64,000 bases of DNA from an uncultured Acidobacteriota bacterium (GTDB lineage Bacteria; Acidobacteriota; Terriglobia; Acidiferrales; UBA7541): contig CAWDNJ010000001.1 in assembly GCA_963803635.1 (NCBI GenBank), positions 344,668 to 408,667 on the forward strand, given 5' to 3'. Positions 8,453 through 16,529 of this stretch are shown here, piece after piece. The notes under the pieces are model-generated. The model saw nothing but the letters and a program-made list of their open reading frames with translations. It was not told the DNA's origin and searched no databases. Every line of letters begins with the position of its first letter. Within the stretch, counting starts at the first letter, position 1. The translations under genes and the position numbers were made by a program.

Positions 8453-8929
8453 TCAGAGGCGCTGGAGCTTGCCGGCGGCCGGCCAGATCGGACTGTACGC
8501 CACGTAGAGCAGCCAGTACACGATCACACCCGTTACCGATACATAGAGCCACAGCGGCAGCGTCCATTTCGCGATCGCGCGATGCGCCGCGAATTTTCCG
8601 CGCAGCCCGCGCGTCAGCGTGATCAGGACGAGCGGGACGATCACCACGGCGAGGGTGGTGTGCGTGAGCAGCAGCGTGAAGTAGACGGGGCGAATCCAGC
8701 CCTGCCCGCCGAAGCGGATCACTCCCGCGCTGAAATGAAAATAGAGGTAGAGGGCGAGGAACAGCGTCGAGCAGCAGAACGCGGCGATCATGAAAATGCG
8801 ATGAACGGCGATCTTGCCGCTGCGGATCATCACGTAGCCGCAGACCAGCAGCACCGCGCACGCGCCATTCAGCGAAGCATTCACCGCGGGGAGAGATCGA
8901 ATCGGCAGAAGATCGGCGGCTAGCGTCAT
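8453..8929 (-). CDS. DUF420 membrane protein (commonly linked to heme-copper oxidase clusters)
   Basis: 158 aa with 4 TM helices. It has NASLNGACAVLLVCGYVMIR..K.I..H...M and HRAIAKWTLPLWLYVSVTGVIVYWLLY motifs. Confidence 0.8.
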   Translation of the reverse strand: MTLAADLLPIRSLPAVNASLNGACAVLLVCGYVMIRSGKIAVHRIFMIAAFCCSTLFLALYLYFHFSAGVIRFGGQGWIRPVYFTLLLTHTTLAVVIVPLVLITLTRGLRGKFAAHRAIAKWTLPLWLYVSVTGVIVYWLLYVAYSPIWPAAGKLQRL

Positions 8930-9021
8930 GCGGCGAACGCCTTTCCGTATTCATCGGCGTACCCCGGGGCGGAAATCGACCCCGCACCCCCCGCGGCTAA
9001 AGCCACACTAACGAGCGTCAC

Positions 9022-9072
9022 TTTTCGAGGGCCTGAAGGCCCACGCTTCCACCCACCGGCTTCGCCGGAACC
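9022..9072 (+). repeat. REP-like element, family C (ttttcgagRgcctgaaggcYcacgcttccacc...)
   Basis: A near-identical core occurs at 12444-12485. Confidence 0.75.
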
Positions 9073-9100
9073 AGAACATTTCCCATGACGTGCGTCGTCA

Positions 9101-9994
9101 TTAACGCATGACCAGCTTATCGAGGATCAGCCAACCGAGCAGCAGCGGAATGTGCGCGATGGTCGCGTGCATCAGCCATTTCGCGCGCGCGTTCGTTCGC
9201 GAGCGGTTCGCCCATAGCCCAACTTGCAGCAGCAGCATCCCCAGCACCAGCGCGCCAAAGAAATACAGCTTCCCCGCCATCCCGATCACCGACGGCAGCG
9301 CGCTGACCCATACTAGAATTGCCGACGTGCAAACGATTTGGCGGAAGGTGGAATCGCCGGAGCGGTCGACCACCGGCAGCATGCGGATCCCGGCGCGCGC
9401 GTAGTCTTCGCGATACATCCACGCTATCGACATGAAATGCGGGAACTGCCAGAAGAAAAGAATCGCGACCAGCACCCATCCGCCGAGGCCGAGCGAGCCG
9501 CGGGTGGCGGCCCATCCGATCAGCGGAGGCAGCGCGCCGGGAATCGCGCCGACGGCCGTCGAGAGCGGCGTGCGCGTCTTGAGAGGCGTGTACAGGCCGA
9601 GGTACAGGAGCGACGTCGCCAGCGCGACGAGGCACGCGAGCAGATTCGCGGCAATCGCGAGCCACGCCGCACCCGCCACGATCGTGACGATCCCGAAGAT
9701 CAGCACGTCGCGGGGCTGCAACACGCCCATCGGCAGCGGCCGCGCGGCCGTGCGGCGCATTACCGCGTCCATCTCGCGCTCGATGTATTGATTCAGCGCG
9801 GCCGTCCCGCCCGCCACCAGCATCGTCGCGAGCACGGTGTTCAGCAGCAGCGCCCAATTCATCGCGCCCGTCGAGCCAAGATAGAATCCCGCGACCGTGG
9901 TCATTACAACGAGAAATGTCACGTCCGGCTTGGTGAGCACGACGTACGCCCACGGCTTCTCGTAGTTCGTGATCGTGGCGGCGCGTTCGTTCAT
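9101..9994 (-). CDS. ctaB: Protoheme IX farnesyltransferase (heme o synthase)
   Basis: Internal ATG at 9994 (MNERAATITNYEKPWAYVVLTKPDVTFLVVMTT). It is a UbiA-family polytopic protein with YIEREMDAVMRRTAARPLP. Its start overlaps the ctaA stop (ATGA at 9991-9994). Confidence 0.9.
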   Translation of the reverse strand: MNERAATITNYEKPWAYVVLTKPDVTFLVVMTTVAGFYLGSTGAMNWALLLNTVLATMLVAGGTAALNQYIEREMDAVMRRTAARPLPMGVLQPRDVLIFGIVTIVAGAAWLAIAANLLACLVALATSLLYLGLYTPLKTRTPLSTAVGAIPGALPPLIGWAATRGSLGLGGWVLVAILFFWQFPHFMSIAWMYREDYARAGIRMLPVVDRSGDSTFRQIVCTSAILVWVSALPSVIGMAGKLYFFGALVLGMLLLQVGLWANRSRTNARAKWLMHATIAHIPLLLGWLILDKLVMR

Positions 9995-10920
9995 TGCGCT
10001 GCCCTCACGCCTTCGCTCGCATGCGCCACCGCTGCCGAGCCCGCCCGCCGCGTCAGCCGCTGGCACGTGAGAGTGAGCAGCACGGACGCGGCGATGGTCA
10101 GCGCACCGCCGACCACGTGGGCCGCCGTCAGCGTGACGTAGAGCGTCGTCGGCTGCACGGCGGCGATTCCGGAAGTCATCGCCCACCACGCCGCGAATCC
10201 CAACAGAATCTGTATCCCGAAGAACATATGCAGCCACATCACGCGCCGCCGAAGGTCACGCACGCCGCGAAAACGCTTCTTCACGACGCGGCCGGTCCAG
10301 ACCACCATCAGGGTCACCGCGCCCGCTCCGATCAAATGCGGCACGATCCCAAGAGCGCCGTGGCGGAAAGCGGCGCCCAAAAGAATCTGGCCGAGGATCA
10401 CGAGTGTCGTCCACCACCCGAGCGTCGTGGCGCGCAGCGAGCCGGAATCTTCGAGGTGCGGCAGCTCGCTCTGCCACCACGGGCTCAGGTAGAGAGCGAT
10501 TCCCACCAGCGTTACAAAGAAGACCTGCGCCAGCGTCGCGTGCGCGGTGGCGGAAACGATCGGAGCGCCTTCGAGAACCCGGATTCCGCCGAGGATCGCC
10601 TGCGCCACGACGAGCGCGACCGCGTTCCAGCCCAGGCTCTTGGCCAGCGGACGGCGGTCCTTGGCCGTGATCCACACGGCCAGGATGAGCGTCATGATCG
10701 AGACGATTCCGGCAATCACGCGGTGCGAATATTCGAAGCGAATGCCGCCGACAAAGGGAGGAATCAGCCGGTGGTAAGCGAGGGGCCAATCGGGAACGGA
10801 ATCTCCGGCGTCGTTGTTCGTCACCAGCGCGCCCGCCATCAGCAGCAGCACCGTGAACCACGCCGTCGTCACCGCAAAGCGGTATAGACCGCGAGACGTT
10901 GGAGTGGAGTTTGGCGCCAT
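9991..10920 (-). CDS. ctaA: Heme a synthase (COX15/CtaA family)
   Basis: 309 aa with about 8 TM helices. It has conserved His-containing motifs (EYSHRVIAGIV, ATAHATLAQVFF, FRHGALGIVPHLIGAG, LTAAHVVGGAL). Confidence 0.85.
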   Translation of the reverse strand: MAPNSTPTSRGLYRFAVTTAWFTVLLLMAGALVTNNDAGDSVPDWPLAYHRLIPPFVGGIRFEYSHRVIAGIVSIMTLILAVWITAKDRRPLAKSLGWNAVALVVAQAILGGIRVLEGAPIVSATAHATLAQVFFVTLVGIALYLSPWWQSELPHLEDSGSLRATTLGWWTTLVILGQILLGAAFRHGALGIVPHLIGAGAVTLMVVWTGRVVKKRFRGVRDLRRRVMWLHMFFGIQILLGFAAWWAMTSGIAAVQPTTLYVTLTAAHVVGGALTIAASVLLTLTCQRLTRRAGSAAVAHASEGVRAAQ

Positions 10921-11112
10921 CAGCTCTCTGCGATCGTGTTTCCCCGCGCTCCGTTGCGTTGAAGAGCTTTCATTCTATGCATCGCGCCCGGAAAACGCAA
11001 AACTTTCCGACGGACGGAACGAGGCTAGGGATTCGCGTAAATCACGCAGTACCGATGCGCCCTCAGGATTCTTGCGTCCTCGGCCTTCGAGACGGGGACA
11101 TTTTTCTCTCCC

Positions 11113-11589
11113 TCACGCACCGACTCGGCCCGCATCAAGTCCTCGAAGCCCGGCGCTGATTGTATCGGTTCCGATGTTGTCCACGGAGACCCACGTATTC
11201 GCGGGAATGAAGATTGTCGCGCCGGCGTGCACCACTCTCACTGAGTTTCCCAAATGCGCGCGCGCGGTTCCACTCTCCAGAAAGAGGATTTCGTCTGAAC
11301 CGGGGTGCTTGTGCCGGTCGATCGCGCCTCCGGGCCGGATTTCTGCGGTGAAAAATACCATGTGCGAGGAGCCTCCGTTCTTCGGGTCGACCTTGATAAT
11401 GAAAGTCTCACCGGGATCAGGATGTCCGGACCACGGCCTGACAACTCGCCGCTCGCCTTCGTTCTTCTCGAGGATGAGTGGCGTCGGTTTGACTACGCTC
11501 GCTGGTTCCGGGGCTGGGGCCGGCGGCACGCTGGCGCTGCCGCATACCACGACTGCAAGAACGGCGATGCCGAATCGAGTAATTCTCAC
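11113..11589 (-). CDS. Secreted cupin-domain protein, probably frameshifted near its 3-prime end (see finding)
   Basis: I prefer the GTG at 11589 (GAGGAGG 6 nt upstream, VRITRFGIAVLAVVVCGSAS signal). The cupin core is GGAIDRHKHPGSDEILFLESGTARAHLGNSVRVVHAGATIFIPANTWV. A plausible C-terminal continuation lies in another frame down to 11025. Confidence 0.7.
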   Translation of the reverse strand: MRITRFGIAVLAVVVCGSASVPPAPAPEPASVVKPTPLILEKNEGERRVVRPWSGHPDPGETFIIKVDPKNGGSSHMVFFTAEIRPGGAIDRHKHPGSDEILFLESGTARAHLGNSVRVVHAGATIFIPANTWVSVDNIGTDTISAGLRGLDAGRVGA

Positions 11590-11699
11590 GGTGGGCCTCC
11601 TCTCAGAATCGGATGGGCCGAATGTGGTCCTACTGTAGCTCACATTGCTGAGCTGGATGAGACAAAAACCACGATCACAAAATGTTGCGCGGAATGGTT

Positions 11700-11712
11700 T
11701 AGTGCTGCACTA
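11700..11712. promoter_or_regulatory. 13-nt perfect palindrome TAGTGCTGCACTA in the cupin/marR divergent intergenic region (candidate MarR operator)
   Basis: The palindrome was read directly from the sequence. It sits 143 nt upstream of the marR ATG and 111 nt upstream of the cupin start. Confidence 0.3.
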
Positions 11713-11854
11713 TTTCGTGGTGGATGATGCAACCCCCTAGCGGGGCCAATTTTGGCGGCTTTTGGACGTGGCGACCGCTTAAAACGGGGGTAAATCGGCG
11801 ACTTTCAGTTTGGGGGCGCGCCTGCGGGCCCAGCCTGCTCCGGGCGAATAGGGG

Positions 11855-12343
11855 GTGAATATGGATGGCGCAAACGAGCGAAGCGAGCGGGCGCTGAGGG
11901 CGTACTCGGGTTTGATCCGGGCGGCGGATTCCGTCACGCGGCTGCTGGAAATGCAGCTCGAACCGATGCGGCTGACGCTGAGCCAGGGGCGGGTGCTGGG
12001 GGCGCTGGCGAAGTTTGGTCCCATGAGCCATCTGAGCCTGGCGAGAAAGATTTTGCGGAGCAAGAGCGCGGTCGCGCTCGTGGTGAAAGAGCTTGAGAGA
12101 CGGCGGCTGGTCACCTCGCGGACGGACAAGCGCGACCGCAGGAAGCAGACGGCTCGCGTGACGCTGGCGGGAAACAAGCTGGCGGCGGAGCTGGTTCCCG
12201 TACACACGAGATTGATTCGGGCGCAGATGGCGGCGCTCGGAGGGCGGGAGCAGGAGACGTTGGCGCGGCTGTGCGAGAAATTGGTCGCGGGAAATTCGAT
12301 GAGGTTCGCGGAGGAATTCGTGCAGGCGGAGGCGGGGGAATAA
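11855..12343 (+). CDS. MarR family transcriptional regulator
   Basis: 162 aa with a winged-helix pattern: LTLSQGRVLGALAKFGPMSHLSLARKILRSKSAVALVVKELERRRLVTSRTDKRDRRKQTARVTLAG. Confidence 0.9.
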   Translation: MNMDGANERSERALRAYSGLIRAADSVTRLLEMQLEPMRLTLSQGRVLGALAKFGPMSHLSLARKILRSKSAVALVVKELERRRLVTSRTDKRDRRKQTARVTLAGNKLAAELVPVHTRLIRAQMAALGGREQETLARLCEKLVAGNSMRFAEEFVQAEAGE

Positions 12344-12443
12344 CGGACGCTGGGGTGGGGAGCGGTGCACGTGCTACGGAGCGCAAGACGAAAACATGCT
12401 GCGGGTGAAACCGCGCAGCGGTTTGCTCGCTACGCTCGTTATC

Positions 12444-12569
12444 TTTTTCGAGAGCCTGAAGGCTCACGCTTCCACCGGTGATTCCTCGTCGGACCGAGTC
12501 CGACATCGTAGGAAGGCAAAGCAAGATCGCCCGCCTGAAGGCAAGGCGGCCGCTACAAAGGCGGGAACC
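12444..12569 (+). repeat. Two REP-like family C elements (12444-12485 and 12527-12569)
   Basis: The first copy, tttttcgagagcctgaaggctcacgcttccaccggtgattcc, matches 9022-9072. The second, atcgcccgcctgaaggcaaggcggccgctacaaaggcgggaacc, matches 15572-15620 and 55561-55610. Confidence 0.75.
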
Positions 12570-12653
12570 GAAAAACCCTCGCGACAAAGGTGGCCCTCGG
12601 CTAGATTATAGAAAGTGTTCTGACCGGACGATTAGAATTGAGAGATTGAACGT

Positions 12654-12992
12654 ATGGCAATACGAAGGAATAAACCGCAAATCGTTCCGAGCTCGGGAAA
12701 TGTTTTCGCCGATCTGCGTCTGCCGCAATCCGAGGAGAAGCAGACGAAGGTGCGGCTGGCTGTGGCCATCAATCAGATCATCGCGGGGCAGGACCTTTCA
12801 CAGGTGGCTGCCGGGCGGCGCCTGAAAATCAATCAGCCGAAAATCTCTGCGCTCGCGAATTACCGCCTCGACGGCTTCTCCGTCGAGCGCTTGATGCATT
12901 TCCTCGCGGCTCTGGACCGCGACGTCGAAATCGTCATCCGCCCGAAGCCCCGCTCGCGCAAAGGCGCGCGAATCCCCGTCACCGCCGCATGA
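12654..12992 (+). CDS. XRE-family HTH protein, HigA2-like antitoxin architecture, with no toxin partner
   Basis: 112 aa. The N-terminal SSGNVFADLRLPQSEE segment followed by the HTH (GQDLSQVAAGRRLKINQPKISALANYRLDGFSVERLMHFLAALDRDVEIVI) matches the HigA2-type layout. No RelE/HigB-like ORF lies upstream. Confidence 0.8.
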   Translation: MAIRRNKPQIVPSSGNVFADLRLPQSEEKQTKVRLAVAINQIIAGQDLSQVAAGRRLKINQPKISALANYRLDGFSVERLMHFLAALDRDVEIVIRPKPRSRKGARIPVTAA

Positions 12993-13021
12993 TTTTATTC
13001 GGGGGACGCTGATTCCTCGTA

Positions 13022-13050
13022 TTGACTATGGACGCGTGCCATAGCACACT
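13022..13050 (+). promoter_or_regulatory. Possible promoter/operator of the 645-aa gene: TTGACT (13022-13027), inverted repeat CTATGG-N7-CCATAG (13026-13044), weak -10-like CACACT (13045-13050)
   Basis: Read directly from the sequence. The -10 is weak, so the promoter call is tentative. The inverted repeat is exact for 6+6 nt. Confidence 0.3.
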
Positions 13051-13080
13051 TCGCGCTGATCAACTCTCTCCTTAGTCCAG

Positions 13081-15018
13081 ATGCGAACACTGACTGCATT
13101 CGTGGCCCGGAGCTTTTCCCCGAGCGATGATCGTAAGATCAAGCCTATCCTCGATCATCTGGATACGTTTCGAAATCTGGGCTTTGTGTGGAAGTCTGCG
13201 GAGCCGGCAGAGGTTGAGAGCGTTTCCGAAAAGGTTCAACGCATAATCGCCGAGTGTGAAGTGTTCGTGGGCGTATTGTCGCAGAGGCATCCCATATTTC
13301 GTTTCGCTAATCCCCTCGGTGATGCCTGGAGAATCCTCCGGAGAGAACTTAAGCCAGCCCAGTGGTCAGCTCCCCCGTGGGTCCTCCAAGAGGTAGGCTT
13401 TGCGCTTGGACTTCAAAAGAAGGTGATCCTATTTGTCGAGACGCAACTGGATTTGCCGGCCCTTCAGGGCGATCTGGAGTATATCCCATACGACCATCTG
13501 GATCCGACCGACGCATTTCTTCGATCGAGCAGCATGATCGTTGGACTGATTGCCAAGAGAGACGGACTCGCCGTCGAAACGGTTGTCCGCGAGGGAGCAG
13601 CCGAGGCGCAGGCACCTGAGAAGGCATCCGCGGAAGCAACCGAGGCGCCCCCGCAAACGGCGGCGGCAGAACCTCTCTTAACGGACGTCGTTTTTAGATT
13701 TTTTGAGGCTCTCGAGAAAAAAGACTTCTCGGCAGCGGATGAACAGGAAGAGGCTGGCCTAAAAGTCATAGCGGCCGGACGTACGTCCATGACGGAACTC
13801 AGCTGGAAGTGCTTCTGCCTTTCCGATAGATACGTCGCCGGCGATACTGAGGCCATCGAAAAACTAAGGGCCCTTCAAGAAGCGAACCCGCAGGACCAGG
13901 CGCCGTCCATGCAAATAGGACGCGCCCTCATGGAGTTCAAAGAGTTCGAACAAGCTGCGAGGTATTTCGAGCGCGCGGGGGAGATTTCGCAGAGGGATAG
14001 CGAAAGAGTCCACAACGTTTTGCGCGCCGCAGACGCATACGTGCAGGCCAAAATGGTCCACCGGGCTGAAAGTATCTTGGTCGGAATGCTGGACGGCGCC
14101 GGGCCTGAGTCCAGAGAGCAGGCATCTCAGAAGTTATACGACATACTAAAGTGTTCAAGCGACATCTACGCAGCCTTCGGCCTTGCCGAAGCGACACTTC
14201 GGAACAATCCCGCCTTAACTTCCTTCAGATTTCGGCTCGGCCTGGACTACAATGAAAAGAATCAGGATGCCCTGTTCCTCTATCACTACAGCCTTCTCCA
14301 AGAACACGACCCAAACGGGGCGGGCGTTATTCACAACTTAGCCCTGGCGTTCTCAAGCTGCGATCTACCCATGAAGTCCGTTTCCTACTATAAGAAGGGG
14401 ATCGAATTGGGCGAAACGCTTTCCGCAAACAATCTTGCGCGTAAGTACTTAGACGCTGGGATTGTTGATGAAACGCAGGCCATGCTGATGGATGCTCTGA
14501 AGAAACCCGATGTTGATGCCAGAGTGGGGCAGTGTTTGGGCGAACTTCGTGACAGACAGGAGAGGGAAGAGAAGAAGTATGCGAGTGTCATGGAAGCTGC
14601 GAACGAGCAACGGTCGTTCCTTATAGCTGTCGGCGAAGGCCGATTTCAAAGCGTTGTGCCAGTCATCGCGGGTCGGTGGCTGATGCCATTCGGTGAAATG
14701 GAACTTCAGCAAACATCTGAAGTTCTCAAGGGAACAGCACAGAAGGCGGAGAAGGCATCCGCGTTTTCGACCCTGCTTGGTGGCCCAAAAGAGAAAATTC
14801 GAACCTTTACGTTGATCGGCTCCATGAAAGGAGCGGCCTGTACGTTCCGGTTGACGAGCGGCTTCGGGGAGACCCCAGAAGAGATCCTCAGCGCTGGACC
14901 GGACACAGTCGATGGAGTTCTTGTATTCGGCCCTGAGGGCAAAACCGGCCGTTATGCCGAAATTAAGGAGCGCGGCTTGTCGAATTTTGCTCCCATTACG
15001 CGTCTGCCCGGTACATGA
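13081..15018 (+). CDS. TIR-like/DUF4062-like N-terminal domain + TPR-like repeats + unknown C-terminal domain (645 aa)
   Basis: The N-terminus reads FVARSFSPSDD...KVQRIIAECEVFVGVLS...SAPPWVLQEVGFALGLQKKVILFVE, a TIR-like Rossmannoid pattern with a candidate catalytic Glu. Residues about 200-500 are helical repeats (AARYFERAGE, NNPALTSFRFRLGLDY, SVSYYKKGIELGE). The C-terminal ~130 aa are unassigned. Sampled lines give about 50-55% GC. Confidence 0.7.
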   Translation: MRTLTAFVARSFSPSDDRKIKPILDHLDTFRNLGFVWKSAEPAEVESVSEKVQRIIAECEVFVGVLSQRHPIFRFANPLGDAWRILRRELKPAQWSAPPWVLQEVGFALGLQKKVILFVETQLDLPALQGDLEYIPYDHLDPTDAFLRSSSMIVGLIAKRDGLAVETVVREGAAEAQAPEKASAEATEAPPQTAAAEPLLTDVVFRFFEALEKKDFSAADEQEEAGLKVIAAGRTSMTELSWKCFCLSDRYVAGDTEAIEKLRALQEANPQDQAPSMQIGRALMEFKEFEQAARYFERAGEISQRDSERVHNVLRAADAYVQAKMVHRAESILVGMLDGAGPESREQASQKLYDILKCSSDIYAAFGLAEATLRNNPALTSFRFRLGLDYNEKNQDALFLYHYSLLQEHDPNGAGVIHNLALAFSSCDLPMKSVSYYKKGIELGETLSANNLARKYLDAGIVDETQAMLMDALKKPDVDARVGQCLGELRDRQEREEKKYASVMEAANEQRSFLIAVGEGRFQSVVPVIAGRWLMPFGEMELQQTSEVLKGTAQKAEKASAFSTLLGGPKEKIRTFTLIGSMKGAACTFRLTSGFGETPEEILSAGPDTVDGVLVFGPEGKTGRYAEIKERGLSNFAPITRLPGT

Positions 15019-15571
15019 GTTGCGCCCGGAACATCCTTTGATCAAATTGCCGCCATGCGCTGGTCGGGGTGCGCCAGAACTCTTGCCCGCGCCTGCTCAT
15101 GGCCGAGTTTCGACGGGGCGTCGGGGAGCTGGCGTGGGCGAGATGATACAGGTGGCGGGTGGATGGTGGCAGGTGGCGGGTTGGGCGGGCCGGTTCCGGC
15201 GGATTGCGGATTTGAGATTTCAGGTTTGAGAGAAATCCGCCCATCCGAAGGCGAGACAGGACCCCACGAAGCGGAGGTTCCCGCCGTGCCGGCGCCGAGA
15301 TTCCTCAGGCCTCGCCACGGCGCCCACTTTTCGCGCGGTGCGAGGTGAATGGGCGCGAAAATCGGGCTGCTCCGCCTTCGGAATGACGGGTCCCGGGGAT
15401 TGGCGGCAGAGGATATCTGAGGCTGCTACGAACGGCCACGGCTGCCGCGCTAAAAGGCCGCGGCGCTACATTTAGACCTCGATGCAAGGGCCCGCGCAGC
15501 AAGCCTTCGTCGCTCAGGCCAAGGCAGCGCCCCTACGAAGCAAACCCCCAAAAAAACAAAACCATAAGGCA

Positions 15572-15620
15572 AAACCGCCCGCCTGAAAGGCGGCCGCTAC
15601 GAAGGCAACGGCTGCCGCGC
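15572..15620 (+). repeat. REP-like element, family C variant (aaaccgcccgcctgaaaggcggccgctacgaaggcaacggctgccg)
   Basis: It is nearly identical to 55561-55610. A related copy lies at 12527-12569, a degenerate one at 15436-15475, and an inverted fragment at 53926-53950. Confidence 0.8.
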
Positions 15621-15668
15621 GATCCGCCACGGCGGACGCAGACAATGCGCACGGCGACGGCGGAGACG

Positions 15669-16529
15669 TTACGAAAATCTTGGGAGGGCGATGTGGAGGA
15701 ATTCGACCGGGTGGCTGGCCTGAACGGTGGCCGTGGCTTGGTCGCCCGTCGGCAGATAGATCGAGGCGCGGGGGCTGAAGGCGGTTGCGCGCGCGATTCC
15801 CTGCTCTGCTGCGCAGACCGAACCCGAGCCGCGGATGGCGAAATAGATGGAGTTGTCGGCGAGGGGGAGCGTGGCGCCCGGAAGAATTTGGTACATGGCG
15901 ATTTGGGTGCGGCGCTCGGAGAATTCGCCGAGGTGTTTGCTGGCGACGCCGGGATGATTTGCGAGCGGCGTCCAATCGAAGCTGGCTGGGTCCATGAAGA
16001 CGGGGCGGAGGTAGCGCTCGGGCGGGTAGACGAGCGGGCGGGCGTTGACCTGTTCCCAGACGGCTTCGTAGGCATCTTTGTTGATTTTGGCGCCGTCGGG
16101 CTGGAGGCGGGTGTAGACGCCTCGCGCGAAGCTGCCGTGCCGGGCGAGTTCGGCCGCGGCTTTTTCGTATTGGTCGGCGGCGATGTAGCCGCTGCCGCTG
16201 GCGCCGCCGAATTGCAGGACGAGCGTGGAATTTTCGCGGTCGCTCGATTGCGGGCCGTAGTGCGTCCCTTCGGGGAAATAGCCGAGGCAGCCCTCCTTCA
16301 TCACGCCGTCGGAAGCGAAATCGAAATCGCCCTCGAGCTGGAAGCGGACCTGATCGAAATTGTGTCGATGGCGCGGAGAATAGTAGCTGGGCGTGACGCC
16401 GAGCTGCAGCGCGAAATTTCCGGGAGTCCCGGGAGTCCCATTGAGGATGCGGCGCGAGCGGAAGACTCCTTCGCGGACGTGCTGCCGCTCGATTAGGGGC
16501 GCGCTTTCGAGTTCGACAACCTGGATCAC
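15669..16529 (-). CDS. Bicupin-type (two cupin-like halves) protein of unknown function
   Basis: 286 aa. The N-terminal half has SPRHRHNFDQVRFQLEGDFDF...GYFPEGTHYGPQ. The C-terminal half has beta-rich cupin-like segments (IAMYQILPGATLPLADNSIYFAIRGSG). Confidence 0.65.
   Translation of the reverse strand: MIQVVELESAPLIERQHVREGVFRSRRILNGTPGTPGNFALQLGVTPSYYSPRHRHNFDQVRFQLEGDFDFASDGVMKEGCLGYFPEGTHYGPQSSDRENSTLVLQFGGASGSGYIAADQYEKAAAELARHGSFARGVYTRLQPDGAKINKDAYEAVWEQVNARPLVYPPERYLRPVFMDPASFDWTPLANHPGVASKHLGEFSERRTQIAMYQILPGATLPLADNSIYFAIRGSGSVCAAEQGIARATAFSPRASIYLPTGDQATATVQASHPVEFLHIALPRFS

Noticed and set aside
12396-12611. A 71-aa ORF upstream of the HigA2-like gene as the missing toxin.
   Set aside because: It is composed of translated REP family C elements, has no RelE/HigB-like motifs, and has poor start context.
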